Source: Azolla caroliniana (Eukaryota; Plantae; Polypodiophyta). From it: DNA of 64,000 bases. The DNA lies in NCBI GenBank assembly GCA_043228905.1, contig JBHGNT010000022.1:4898001-4962000 (forward strand), written 5' to 3'. The notes below the pieces were generated by a model. That model did not search any database. It had not been told where the DNA came from and was given only the letters and a program-made list of their open reading frames with translations. The stretch's first letter is position 1. Every line of letters starts with the position of its first letter. Shown here piece by piece: positions 12,001 through 26,368 of the stretch. The position numbers and the translations under genes are program-made.

Positions 12001-14557
12001 GCCTCAGCCCAGTATATTTTCCGCAGTTTAGCCAACATGCTCCTTAATCTCTCCATGATTGTTTGATTCATCCTCTCTGCAAGCCTATTCAACTCAGGGG
12101 TCTTTGGTACTGAGTATTTGATTCGAAAACCTTAGGTCTTGTAGTATTCCTCGAACTGCCCTTTATATTCGCCACCATTGTCGGTTCGGACAGCCTTCAA
12201 CTTCCAACCCGACTCTCGTTTGGCTCTTGCCTAGAACTCCTTGAAGAACAACAATACTTGATCTTTTGACTTTAGTACAAAAGCCCACAACTTTCGACTG
12301 TAGTCGTCGATGAAAGTCACAAAGTATTGTCTGCCTCGATGCGACAGAGCATCTACATAACACACATCCATGTGTACTAGTTCCAGTGCAACTTCTCTTC
12401 TTCTTGGTGGCCTTAACTGGAATGTTGCTCTATTCTGCTTTCCAACTAAGCAGTTGATGCACTTCTCCAGGTGCACTCCCTTTACCTCTGGTAGAAGTTT
12501 CTGGTCAGCTAACAGATGCAAACCTTTCTCACTCATGTGGCCTAGCCTCTTATGCCATATCTGTCCTGCCAAGTCGGCCACCACATTCACTTCCGACCTG
12601 CATAGTCGGGCTTGCATCATATACAGTGTGCCTTCTTTTTGTGCTTGGGTCACTGTAATATTTCCTCAGTAGAACTTCCATTTCCAGTTTCGGAAACTAC
12701 CCCTGTAGCCTTCGTCGTCCAATATTCCAATCGATATCAGATTCAATCTGATATCGGGGACATGTCGAACATCCTTCAGAGTCAATCGACACCCTTTCAA
12801 CGTCTTCAAACAAACACTTCTGACTCCCCACTATCACCCATCTTTACATAACCATGATCACCAGCTATGTAAGTTGAGAAATACTCTCTCGACGGAGTTA
12901 TGTCGAAAGATGCACGGGAATCGATCACCCAAGTGCATTCTTCTCTTGCAAGATTTGCACTTCTCTGTTTACAAGTGAACAAAAGTTCTTCATTGCTCGT
13001 AGCAATGTCTGAAGTGTTCTTTTCTTTAGAAATCTTCCTGGGTTCGACATTATTAGAGACATCTTTTCTTTCTTGAGATGTTGGCAGTCCTTCTGGAAGT
13101 GTCCAAGCTTTCCACAATGAAAGCACATGAGCTTACCTCTGGACTTGGATCTGACGTGGGATTTGTCCCTCCTTGATTGACTCCTTTGCCGATTTCTTCC
13201 TCTGTCGGTGCGTTGAGTCAGATTTGACTCCGACTATACAGGGACACCCTTGTCCTTCCTTCTCGCTTCCTCATTCAGGATGCTTGTCTTGACCACTTGT
13301 AAAGACAAGTTCTCTTCTTGACAAGAGGTGTTAAGAGTAACCACCAGGTTCTCCCAAGTATTCGGCAGTGAGCACATTAGTAGGATGGCCTGCATCGCAT
13401 CATCAAGGGGAAACTTGGTTGCGGCAAGTTGATTCACATACCCCATGAATGTGCTGATGTGTTCGACGATTCGTATAGGTCTTTCACTATGAAGAGGTCT
13501 TCCATTTTGATCTTCCAATCTACATAGTTCTGTGAGTTTAGAACTATCATACCTGGGAAACCACTCACACCTCCTTCCATTGCTTGACCCAAGCTCTGAT
13601 ACCAGTTTGTTGAGAAACCAATCGTTATTTCACAAGAAATAAATATGTTGAAATGCACAACTCAGAAACACAGAAAAAGTATACATAGATTTAACATGGA
13701 AACCCTAAATGGGAAAACCATAGGAATAGAGATTCCACAATACACAAGAGAGTACAAGAAAAAGGCAGTTACAATCATCATGGCACACACATAGGGTAAA
13801 CCGGCTTAGGGTTCTTAGCAAGTTCGCTGAACTTTGTTGCCGCTCTCTCTCTCATGCTCACACGCTCTCTCTCTTCTCTGTCTCGCGACGCTATGCTACA
13901 GAGGCTCACACAGTATTCTGTTCTACTCTATTGTTTGCCCTAAGTGTATTTATACTTATACCCGGTATGGTCTATTTACAAATGTAGCCATTGCTACGGT
14001 CATTCCTATTATTATTATCTAATATTAATAATGGTCTTACGAATCAGTCGACTCCTCCATCGATTGTCGGGTCGGTCCGACTAGTCGGCCTGGTCATCGA
14101 CCATCCAATGGGCCCGACTAACTGGTCGTGTCTTCGACCTTGATCAACTCTCTTTGATTCGACGCCTCAACCATCAGCCCTCATCCAACCAATCAGTTTC
14201 TCCCTATCTTCGACTGTCGACTCTCTCCGAGCAGTCGGCTCCTCCCACTGGAGGGACATATTCCTAACAAACATGATAATGGGGTTGTTGTATATGTGTA
14301 GTGTATACGAGTGTGAGTGAGGATAAATATGTGTATGAACACATGCACAATTATGTGCATGTGTACAAGAATGTAACGGTCTTTTTGTAACAGTCACATT
14401 ATGTAACCGTTATATGATGTACCATATAAACCCCCTTATGGGGCATGTAATGGATAGAACTTTTCCCTCTCATTTCTGTGTCATTCTATATTCTCTTTCC
14501 TCTCTTTCCCTCACAAGTAACCCCCTTGGGAATGGCTCCACCCCCCACCCATAAACA
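9070..14557. mobile_element. Short (~325 bp) solo LTR split by Copia-2
   Basis: TGTTA at 9070, TAAACA ending 14557, TSD ATGGT (9065-9069/14558-14562). Confidence 0.7.
9111..14269 (-). mobile_element. Copia-2: full-length degenerate Ty1/Copia element
   Basis: LTRs 9111-9751 and 13608-14269; PBS TGGTATCAGAGC at about 13593-13604; PPT after 9751; flanking AACA duplication; gag (CFHCGKLGHFQKDC), integrase, RT (LLYVDDML) and RNase H fragments. Confidence 0.95.
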
Positions 14558-14562
14558 ATGGT

Positions 14563-14586
14563 TACAATTAGGGTAAGCTAATTACG

Positions 14587-14625
<39 letters not shown>

Positions 14626-14740
14626 GATCAAAGATAGGTGAGTAAAATTAGGTTTCGAACCCATGACATAGAGGCTTGTAGTGTAACAACTTACCAATAG
14701 GGTAAGCTAATTACAAAAGAGAGAGAGAGAGAGAGATAGA
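14563..14740 (-). repeat. Remainder of the tRNA-like tandem array, with GA microsatellites
   Basis: GGTTTCGAACCCATGACATAGAGGCTTGTAGTGTAACAACTTACCAATAGGGTAAGCTAATT matches the units at 8740-8940. Confidence 0.7.
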
Positions 14741-16904
14741 TTATATTATCATCTTCGGAGGTCAAATATGACCTATGAGACCAAAAATATTACATTTCAC
14801 GTGATACGTGTGAAAGTGAGTAGTGACTCTCGAGTGTGAAAATGGTTTGGTAGATGGTTTGGTAGTTGGAGGGAGAAAAAGAGAAGGTGGAAGGTGATAA
14901 AGAAACAAAGAAAAGGGAATAGCCTATCATAAGATCTTTTCCCCGTTAGAGAGTTCAAATCTCCCTCGCTACACATATATCGGAGGTGTAACACTCTTGA
15001 GACGATTATCCTATAGTCTTTCACCCGACTATCTCGTTTACTTCTACAATCTCCCCTTGAATAAAATCATGTGGCCTACGCAACAATCTATGAACTCCCA
15101 TTGAATAAAATGTCACGACTTGATGCGACGACTACAACCTATGTGACAACATTGGCAGTTGCCTTACAAGCCTATGAGCACCAAGACTTCGTTCACTATT
15201 GGTGTCATGGTAGTATATTTGGCAATTCCTTTCTTGGTAGAGATTGAAACTCCACTATTCACAACAATAGATGTATAGAAAATAAACAATGCTTCTCTTT
15301 CACTCTACAATATGATCAACTCCCTAACATTCTTCCCCAATTATATGTTCCTCATATATGTATATATATTTGGGCTTGGATAGTGCACACTAGGCCAATT
15401 TTCCCTCTAGTATGTCATATTTAAATTATAGTTGAAAATGACATAAGATCAAAAGCACTTATAAACATGGTTGAAATGTCATGATATGAAGAGAGGAATA
15501 TACTCTAGCTTTATGAAATAAAGTTTTAGAGCACACATATTTTTTATTTATTGATATCCCTAATAAAAATGGTGGTTAAAATTGTATGAAAGCATTTACA
15601 AACAAATGGTGATATGTTTCTTCTCCCAAAGTAGAAGACAAGGTTACAATGACCTTACAAATGGGATTATGAAGCCTCACCTTTCTATGATAATTAGTCT
15701 CAATGGACTTCTAACCTAAATTTTAGTTTTTCTCTAAAACTACTTTTTATGTTCCATCAATAGGCTTCAAACGTACAAGTCATTCTTGCTTTGTAAACAT
15801 CTTCGCCTAATATATACCACCATACTTTAATTGAAAACAATAACGTGTGCTAGAAATTATCTCTAACACAACAAGTCACAAAGCTTCATGTGAAAAATCT
15901 ACAAAGTAGCTTCAATTGTTGTCACTGAAATTGGCAATTTTGTAGATCTTAGTGATATTTCTCATCACTTAGGTTATCCCCAAAGTAAAATTTCACAATC
16001 TTGAATATTCTTAGAGATTCATTCAAATTGATCACGTGTTTTACATTTCCTTTAATAAGCGAATGAAATTGTTTTAAACTCTTGCGTTGTGGAAACCCCA
16101 CTTCTTAATATTTTGTATTCCAAGATAACGTATTGGTCAATTTAGGATGTGAATAGTGCTTCCTAAGCCTTGAATTTGGAAAGAACTTCTCATATTTGGT
16201 GGTTTCCCAAAGTCATTTTAGAGTACATTCAAATTTTCAATAAGGTATATAAAGTTTAGGGATTATGAACTATTGAACATCACTTAACCAGTTGAACTTT
16301 AATCAACTCGTTGTATTAGAAATTTTCTTCAAACGATTGGTTATGTAGTCAATGCATTATCACTTCTATCTCCAATATATTTCTTTCTGATTTTTTACTC
16401 ACGTTTAAGTTCATTTGGAAGCTATTTTTATAAGCAACCTACTTGTAAACATTTATTATAAGCAAAACTCATGAAGAAGTTTGATATGGAACACAAAAAC
16501 GAAGTGCCTTTAATCACAATTGTGACTATGCAACTCCACACCCATTGTTAAAGCTAGAACTAATTATCAATGCAGCAAATTCATACACGTACATTTTACT
16601 TTTCAGTACTTTATCGAGATAAGGTTTGTTTAATTCTCTAAAAAATGAGGACTAACTTCCAACAATGATTGATGTGACTAATGAAAACTTGATAGAGATA
16701 TAGAGATAGAGATAGAATGTGAGTTATTGTTGTCCTCAAAGGTTATATGATCTTTGAGACTAATGTGAAACATTTCCACATAATGTGTGTAGATTTTATT
16801 GTAACTTTTGATGATACAAGTGCAATGCACATACTTGAGATTCAGAAGCAAATTTTGCAAACTTTTTTGTCACATGAAAGAGTATACATATGTGCAAACT
16901 CGTC

Positions 16905-17215
16905 AGTGAAACCATTTCATCTTAGTTGGACTTGTCCCCAGTGATACTTTCTATTGCAACAACTTTGTGATGTTTGAATGCTCTCTATAATTATTAGGTT
17001 TATTTACGTCTTTATCACATACATACATGCGCACATGCATATGATCATAGTCTACAAACACCCATATTGAAATAATTGCACAAATGGATACGGTACATTC
17101 CAAGTATACACACATACATCGCACACATAACGTATACTTATGAGTAAATCCATAAGGAAATGTATGCGTTGTGGACAACTTTACTTATATGGCAACTACA
17201 CCACGCTTAAATAGT
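16905..17215 (+). repeat. ~310-bp direct repeat, copy 1 (copy 2 at about 20318-20655)
   Basis: Both copies start GAAACCATTTCATCTTAGTTGGACTTGT and align through GAGTAAATCCATAAGGAAATGTATGC. Confidence 0.85.
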
Positions 17216-20200
17216 GTCGACATATACATATTGGTAACATCTCAATATCCATTGAATAAATAGTGTTTATTATTCACTTAATAATCAAAGTATTAAGAAA
17301 GAATCAAGTTTTATCCTTTAGCTAGTCCTAAGAACTTCTATCAATTAAATATTCTATTATACATGTACATGTCTATTTATTATTTATTGGACATAAAATC
17401 ATAGATACTCTTGCCCATGTGTTCAAGGAAAACGAGCACATTCAGATTTGTAGTTAACGAGTTGCAAATTTGTTTATATTAAGATATTGCAACTATTACA
17501 TATTTGTGTAACATCTAAAAGTAGATCACATGACAAAAGTGAATGTGCTTTTGTGCCAAATTTGTCTTACCAACCATTTTTTAGGAAAGTGCATGACATT
17601 ATTGAAAGGAAACATCAAAGTGAAAAAAGAAATGAACATAACATGTGCTACACCATGACTCAATTGTAGTACAAAGAATTGCTTCCTTGCAAATAAGGTA
17701 TATGTCCAAAAATACTTTTGTGGGCTAGATCACATTATGATTTCATACCAACAAAAAAGTTATCATAAACCCCATGTTTTTAATTGAACAAATTTCAAAA
17801 GGATCTCATATTGAGTTAAAAATTAGCAACATGAGTGGAGACATCATCAAGTTAATGCTTTTTGTGAGTTCTAACACACTCTACTTAATGCAAAATTGTG
17901 CATCTCTTTGGACAAAAAACATAATTTGGTTTTGCAATATTCTTAAGACACTCATCTAGAGCAAATAGGCCATGATATTTCCATCTCATATCTTACCAAT
18001 TACGAGCACATATTTAGTTTATCCCATCAAATGTTTCCTTTTCTAAATCCCCTCTCCTAGGGCCGATGAGCTACAAGAGACCTACTCTTTTACATGGAGG
18101 CAAAGTAGGAGCACACAATGGGCATGTTGGCAATCAACACAACAATTGTTGTTAAAGTTAGTTCAGCTCAATGTCATGATTCATCATCTCAAACCGCAAT
18201 GCCGAGCCTACCCACAAAATTGTCCAATCCTAAGCTTTATGTTCTTAAAATACCACCAATCTAAACAAAATTGCAACTACCTAAAGCACATATGTGTGAC
18301 TACGGTTCATAGTATGAACCATACATACCATGCGTGCATTCGCATTCAAGTATGTATGTTTCGATCATTCAAGTATGGTAAACACCCTCAAAGTATGGTA
18401 AATACCATACTTTTGTATTCATTATTTAATATAAGGTAAAACTTCTTTTAAAGGTTAAAATGTGAGGAAAGAAAAATTAAAACGTCAAAAAATAAAACAT
18501 AAGTATGTTTTCATAACATACACATTCGTTTACAAACGTTGAAAACGAATGTTTGAGCAAAAGAGTGCAAATATTACATTGTATGGTATGGTTTATCGAC
18601 TCAAACAAGACAGCATAATTGTAGTTTGGTACAACATGTGTGTAATGTAGACCTCCTCATCTCTCTTGAGTGATACATTTTCTTATCATTTGTGCCACAT
18701 CAAAGAGTATTGATATGCACAGATTCATCATAAAACCCTTTCATCTAGGTTCGACTTGCAAAAAGTTTCCCAAGTTTGAATTCTATGTGTTTAACTCTCC
18801 ATAACAAGGTCTTATGTTTTCTTAATCTCGCATGTGTGAGGTAAAAGTTTGCCTCCCTTCTCTTTAGATGCAAGTGAGGCTTTTTAATGAGTTTGTTGTA
18901 TCGAGAACCTACAAGAGGACAATCATCAAGTGAGAGCTCACCCTCTCTCTCTCTCTCTCTCTCTCCCACCGTTAGCAAATATGAATGTATAGATTGTTGA
19001 TGAATCTTATCAAGCACTTGAGGTCGAATGGAAAAGCATGTTACACGTGCAATAAAGAAACTTTCAACAAGAAGCACTTTGTCCTTTCTCTACAATACAT
19101 TCATTCTTGTCACTTAAAGATTGTGCATAATATCACACATATGAGTATTTGAGCATTTCTTACACGTGCTTTCCCTATTCTCATTAATTACAAACAATAT
19201 GAGATAACGTGAATTGTCAGTCCGCTTGTGACATGACACAAAGAGAAAGAAATGCATATAAAGAATATCTCACAAAAGAAGTCCATGTGCACAAGAAACA
19301 AAATAGTAAAAGGAAAAACATATGCTGAAGTTACTGTAAGTAAAAATAGTCTATAATAGGGACCAACAAATCATGGATGTCGCTAATGATAGCAATAGAA
19401 TTTTTAAATAAGTTTTTATTATCCCCATTTCTGCAGCACCTATTCATTGAGTATTTACTTATTGTTCAAGTTCAATTATCAATTGTTGCATTCCACTACA
19501 ATGTTCCACCTTTAATCACGCACTGATTCACTTTTTGCACATTGTCAATCCAAACCTATCCCTACAGCTTGTTCTCCCTCGATCACAATGTGCATTGTCA
19601 ATTGCAATGTTCATTGGTAAAATATATGAAATCTAGAGAGGTTATTATGCCACATACGAAATGAAAATAATTTACTTTGGTTCCATGTGTTAGGAGTACA
19701 TATGCATGCATTCCATGGTTTATGAGATGATACATTTAAACCATACCCAGTCATGGTTGGCTTTTGGGATGAGAATGAGAAGTTGTAATTTGTAACTAAT
19801 GTTACTCTCATCTACTTGTCCTCTCAACTCATAAACATGCATGTACAATGCGGCAATTCTTTGGTTCATCAAAACTAGTAGCACCATTTTCAAAAACTTT
19901 TGCTTCTACAAGTTACTTTTGGTAGCCATATGATGCAATTAAATTATAGCCATATTGTCTTTCTGAATGACGTGAATAATGATGTCATGTGAATATGGCA
20001 AACGTTTAAGTACTCAACATACAACGTGGGAGTTTATAGTTCTCAAATTTGTTTAGAATAATACTTCAAATGGCAATATGGATCATGTTTTTTGTAACTC
20101 TACCAAAACATCATCACCTACTTGCAAAGAAATCCATAGTTTTCTATCATGTGATCTTTTGCATCGTATTTTGCCCACATCCACTTATCATCACGTGCAT

Positions 20201-20671
20201 AAAGAAGCTTCATGCAATCGCCCTCTTTAGATTTCCTTGAATAATGAGGTAATGAAGTACTAAGTAGAAAAATAATACTTTGTTTCTTAGAAATAATGCA
20301 CTCAGATGATACAAAGAAACCATTTCATCTTAGTTGGACTTGTAGTCTCCATTGATACTTTCTATTGCAACAAGTTTGTGAAGTTTGAACGCTCTTTATA
20401 ATGTTTTGAGGTTTATGTACGTCTTTATCACATACATACATGCGCACATGCATATGATTACATAGTCTACAAACACCCATATTGAAATAATTGCACCAAA
20501 TGGATACTTACATTCCAAGTATACACACATACATCGCACATACAACATATACATATGAGTAAATCCATAAGGAAATGTATGCATTGTAGACAAGTGGACT
20601 TATATGGTAGCTACATTACACTTAAATAACTCATCAATGAAACCATTTCATCTTAGTAAGTTGGACGCTAC

Positions 20672-21114
20672 TGTTCAATGAAATGGTTGTTTGATTCAAC
20701 AGTTGAATAATGCTATTCTCATGCATGTGGAAGTTCAAGAATATGGAAATGAGTAAAACTACTCCAAACAGCTATTTACTCCATCCTTTTTATGGTAAAC
20801 ATATTTGGGTAGTAAAAACTGGAAAAGGATTGGACTTTTGTCCCTCGAAGGGTTTTTTGTAATGTTATAATTACATATTGTAGAAAAGTATTGACATCCA
20901 AGTGACAAGTAGAAAAGTTGTTGTGTTCTTCAGAAATATTATATGGAACTACTCAATAATTCTTGTATGTTTTGCACCTTTTCTTACTCCGTCTAAGGCA
21001 TAATAAATAAAGTCTTGTGATCATGGTTCCATTTGCAATATTCGCACCATTATAGAGACAAGACTAGACAACAATGTATGTGAAGAAATACATATTTTGT
21101 TAATGATCATGATG
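20672..21114 (+). repeat. Inverted partial duplicate of the host gene's last intron/exon and 3' region (23152-23863), with internal deletion
   Basis: 20672-20746 is the reverse complement of about 23863-23790; 20747-21114 is the reverse complement of about 23537-23152. Confidence 0.9.
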
Positions 21115-21118
21115 GTGC

Positions 21119-21143
21119 GTGACTACATAAAAAACACACGGCT

Positions 21144-21190
<47 letters not shown>

Positions 21191-21561
21191 CCTAACCATG
21201 TGATACGATGTTTAAAATGGTAGAGATAATATCAACTATATCACATGAGGAACTAGTACACATATAAGCCCTTGTCCATTGGCGAATGAACAACTACCAA
21301 CACAAGACAAACTATGGAATTGCCATGTACCAAATGCACAAACACAACCTCACATTCAGGATGGCCCATGACTACATAAAAAACACACGGCTTTATCTCT
21401 CTCTCTTGGCCTAACCATGTGATACGATGTTTAAAATGGTAGAGATAATATCAACTATATCACATGAGGAACTAGTACACATAAGCCCTTGTCCATTGGC
21501 AAATGAAAAACTATCAACACAAGAAAAACTATGGAATTGCCATGTACCAAATGCACAGACA
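21119..21561 (+). repeat. Tandem duplication (~200-230 bp) of the SAUR-like 5' region
   Basis: TGACTACATAAAAAACACACGG...CCAAATGCACA occurs at about 21119-21345 and 21369-21561. Confidence 0.9.
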
Positions 21562-21915
21562 CCCAAGGGACGTATGGCAATGCATGTAGGGGATGGGGGT
21601 GATACATTCTTTATCCCAATCAAGTATTTGGGGCATACAAATTTCAAGATGTTACTAAGGGAGGTGGCACAAGAGTTTGTATTTGGTCATTGGGGGTCTA
21701 ATATTAATCAATTACAAGATGATGATGATGAGAAGATCAATTACATTGATTTTTTATGCTGGTCTCATCTTCCTCGTCTACTCCTTACTCTTAGATCCTT
21801 ATCTTTGAACCGAATGAGAAAATTGACCAATAAATCTCTTGTGGGTACTCATCTCTACCCTCTAGTTACTAAAGCTCCAATTTCGCCTCTTCCTTTCACC
21901 CTTGAACCTTGTTAA
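21427..21915 (+). pseudogene. SAUR: SAUR (small auxin-up RNA)-like ORF, divergent and probably a truncated or chimeric copy
   Basis: TPKGRMAMHVGD..TFFIPIKYLGHTNFKMLLREVAQEFVFGH matches the SAUR core pattern; the usual G.L.IPC end is absent. Confidence 0.75.
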
Positions 21916-23634
21916 TTAATCTTGTTCATTCAAAGAGCCCTTATTTGAGTTTGTCATTCTATGGATTGCATATTCTTAACTGAGGTTATCATGGCACCCA
22001 CCATCAACTATAGCAAATTGAAACTACCCATGTGAAAGATGCGACATAGTTATCGATACATCCAAGGGGTTATGGATGCACGTGATCCAATAACACAAAG
22101 TTTGATCTTAAACTAGGGTCATGAAACACGTAAGGTCCATGATGTAAATTGAGAAACCCATCATCGATGGAAACTTACAACCATTCTATATGGACAATGC
22201 CTTCATTTATTTTTACACCACATAGAATTACTATGTATAGTTAATGTCTGAACTTCTTTGAGTATTTTCAGAGTTTGACATGTAGATTATAAACATGTGA
22301 CAAGAGTTCAAGTTTTTGAGTGCTCCATTTGGTAGAAATCTCTTTGAAACTGCATCATTACTGCTGTCATCCATTGTGTTAGAAATGAAAAAAAATTTGT
22401 TTATACTGAATATGCATTGTTAAGAGGTCTGATTCCCTTCAGCTCCATTGGCTTTTAAAGAGAAATTATTCGCTTTGAAATGCCAAATGTAAAGTTCCAA
22501 GTTCCAGAGTCATTTTGGAAGATTTCCATTCAACTTCTAAAGAGCAAGATTATGATTTCACTTGTATTAATTCAAACTAACCTAGTGGCAACCTATGAGC
22601 ACATTATGAATAGGCTGAACGGTAATACAGACATCACCCAATTGCTTCAAACGAACTCACGATACTTTCACTAATGAAGCAAATGCTTACGTTTTGGAGC
22701 ATTTGAAAACAATAAACGAAAATTGAGTATCCAAGTTCATAGTTTTGATGATGAAGAGCGCGATAATAGAGACCTACGTTAACGGGGCACAGATGTTTAG
22801 ATGAAAGGAATTCTCAAGCCTAATTGGAAGTACTTACATCACTAAAAGGATCCCCTGGATCACCACACCCTCTATCGGTCACCTCCAACAGTTATGGAAT
22901 AGGAAAACACAACCTTTTAGCTCAATATTAAGAGACTCTACGAATCTTCATATTACCATTACCAAATATATAATCAAGCACTCGATATTGAGTGTCAAAA
23001 TGAAGATATATGTAAAAGTGGATCCAATCACCATTGGTTTGTTACTGCTCCAGTTCTCTACTGTCATTTCCTACTTGAATTCAGCACTTCAGAATACAAA
23101 ATTATGCGAAAAAGGATTCTTTATTTTCTCGGAAACCATCATATGACTTTATCATCGTGATCATTAACAAAATATGTATTTCTTCACATACATTGTTTGT
23201 TCTCTAGTCTTGTCTCTGTAATCGTGCGAATATTGAAAATGGAACCATGATCAGAAGAACGGTTGTCACGAGACTTTATTTATTTATGCAGACGGAGTAA
23301 GAAAAGGTGCAAAACATACAAGAATTATGAGTAGTTTCATATGTATTTCTGAAGAACACAACAGCTTTTCTGCTTGTCATTTGGATGTGAATATTTTTCT
23401 ACAATATGTAATTATACCATTACAAAAAACCCTTCGAGGGACAAAATTCCAATCCTTTTCCAGCTTTTGCTACCCAAATATTTTTACCATACAATGGATG
23501 GAGTAAATAGCTGTTTTGAGTAGTTTTTACTCATTTCATGTCTTTTGCTGACTGTTCATGCAATACAAGCCAGTTTGGTATATTTCCAACAGTGATAAAC
23601 ATTTTCATGTTTTCCCTTTCTTTATTTGCATTCT

Positions 23635-26368
23635 TCACCAGTAATCAGATGGCAAAACAGGAAACCATGAACCAATGCTAAAACCACCAATAGAGGAAGA
23701 GCTAGAATAAAGTACCCACCAATCCCCGAGCATACCGATGACAAGAAACTTCTGTGACAATGACGAGACACGAGCAATGCACGCAATCCCATAGTCTTGA
23801 ACTTCCACATGCATGATAATAGCATTACTCAACTGTTAAATCAAACAACCATTTCATTGAACAAAGTCAAAAACTACTATATTAGCAACACAATCTGAAA
23901 CCACAGGATTTTTACAAAGATGAAAGTATATCATTTCATGCGAATAAAGTCGAAATTGTATCATGGATTCTTTTAACAGAAAAAACAAATTCATTTACCA
24001 CATATACAAAGATGAAACTGCATCATAGATTCTTTTCACAAAGAACAAAGTAGAGACCTACATCATTTAAAACAAAACTGAAACCCTAAACCCTAAAGAA
24101 TCAGCAAGATCAAAGCGAACATTAATACATTTCAAGAAAGAAAATCCTGGTGAACAAAACGATGGTAAAACTAGCACTAGAATGTCTCAAAATTAGATGA
24201 TAATTTTATGCATAAAAGCCATAAATGAGACAAAAATCATCACCTGACTTTTAAGTCGACCCAATCCATCCATTCGTTGAGCAGCTTGCAATCTCTTCTG
24301 GAATAAAACCCAGATAAAAGAAAAGTAAGGCCTCCAAATATTGAGACTTATCCTTACTAGTTGGCCATGAATAAAAACAGAACAATATTGTTACCAAACC
24401 TGTTCAACCCATATGTAGATTGATGATGGCGTAGGTCTTGTGCTCCACAAAAGAAATAAACAATTAAGACTCAATGATATTGGATAATGCCAACCCATTG
24501 CCACTGTCATCACCAACAGTAATGGAACCCATAATCGCCTCATCCAGACAAATACAAGTGAATGGTCTCCATCCAGTTTTCCATCACCTGCATCAGTTGA
24601 AGTATCTTCTGAACCTGGTAAAACATAAGTAATCACATTGCTGCTTACTATCTCAATTTATGCACTTGTTCTTCCGGGTTTTTTTCATTTTCTGTTTCAT
24701 TCTCTTCACTTTAAGTTCCATGTTTTCGGTCCCATTGTTTTCCATAAAAAGGGTTTGTGTTGCTAAATGCTCTATATAATTTTTCATGATCTTTCCATTA
24801 TTTGGCTTCATTTTCTCCAATATTTTCTTTCCTTCTCGCCTAACAGCACATAAAGTTCCATTAAAACTGCAATTACTGATTATTATCTTTTAAGCACGTC
24901 GCAAAAAGAAGGAATCATCTCATTTCCTTACCTCCATCACACTTTACAATATCCATGTTTTTGCTTATATATGTGTTTGCAATGCAAGAAGCTGCAGCCA
25001 GCCCAACAACCACTGAAGAAAACTTCTTCACTTCTAAAAAAAGAAAAAGAAAAAACAACGTCTTTCCAAATTCAGACCACAGACCCAAAATAAAAAAATT
25101 CAAAACCACAGGGGTAGAGTAAAATAAATTTACCCGGAAAGCAACGTGGAAAATTTAAAAGCTTCAGGTGTAACTTGTTATGTAGTATTTGTTTCTCCAA
25201 GCCTGGAGACTTGCAGAGTTCAGAGAAGGTATGATTTGAGTGTCTTAACTGAAATGAACCACGATGAACTCCTACACCTGCCAACAAGGTATTTCTCAAC
25301 TTTCTTTATCTCATTCCCATAGAGATTGGATAATAATCTTCTTTTTGCATTACTTATACGTGTAAAGAAAGCATGAAAACATTGCTGAATCAATTTCTGA
25401 TCAAAGTCAATTTGAAATATTCACATTTTGTGATAGCTGCATTGCCCACTAAAAAGCATCAGCCACTGTATGCATTGGCTAAATCCAACCTGAAAAGCCA
25501 CTCTAATCTACTAATGTATATAGCATAAAGATGCTGAATCAATAGGAGAAATCATATAGAACAACACAAGAGCTATTCTTGTCGCAATTACCAGGAAGGC
25601 ATCATTCTTCATGATCATATTACACAATTACTTCTCTTCATTCTTCTTTCAAGTTCATAGTATTACTTATTCAACTTTCATCCTTTTGATAGTGCTTAAT
25701 CAAACCAAAGAACATGTCAGAACCCAATCCCAAGTAGCATATTTTACATCTCTTCGACGTCCATTTTCTGCCTTACGTTTTCCTGCCACATTCGAACTTG
25801 CTTTAACATTTTCAATAGACGGCAAACAACGTACCCAATATTTCTTTTATTTTCACAAATTCCCCTGGTTTATGGTTTAAGCAACCTCCTCAGTTACGGC
25901 CTTGAACTAGCCTCTACTAATATCCAATGCTGATTTATTTTAGATGATCAATATTCCTTTTGAGTAACGCCATCAATCAAACCTATATTTCCCCTATGTA
26001 GAGGCAAGGCATTTGGTGACATCTCTTTTCTTATAAAAAGACCAAACCCACCAGATACATCACGAAAGCTTTACATCCAAGGATGTCAAAACCAGTGAGA
26101 AAAATGAGACAATAGATACATTAAGACGATGTCACTTCTTATTGCGAAATGGCTGCCTCATCAAGAACTCTCTCTCGCAAATGAAGATAATGATCTCTAT
26201 CAATCTATCTATCTATCTATCTATAATGATTCACCTCTTTCTGATAACGATCTCTCTTTTCAATAAATGTGACAATGACGATGGCAATTAAGATTAACGA
26301 ATGAAAATAGTAAGTAACGAACCTGAATAGGCGAAGCGATTCGTCATTGTTTTCACTCTCAGCATCAT
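23635..26368 (-). CDS. Six-exon host gene, uncharacterised putative membrane protein (~252 aa)
   Basis: Exons 26368-26323, 25277-25134, 25033-24932, 24614-24400, 24297-24244, 23832-23635; all GT-AG introns with compatible phases (759 nt, open); hydrophobic segment in exon 4; C-terminus HVEVQDYGIACIARV..VIGMLGDWW. Confidence 0.8.

Noticed and set aside
24081-24097. Telomere-like AAACCCT repeats
   Set aside because: Only two units in an intron; common in plant genomes
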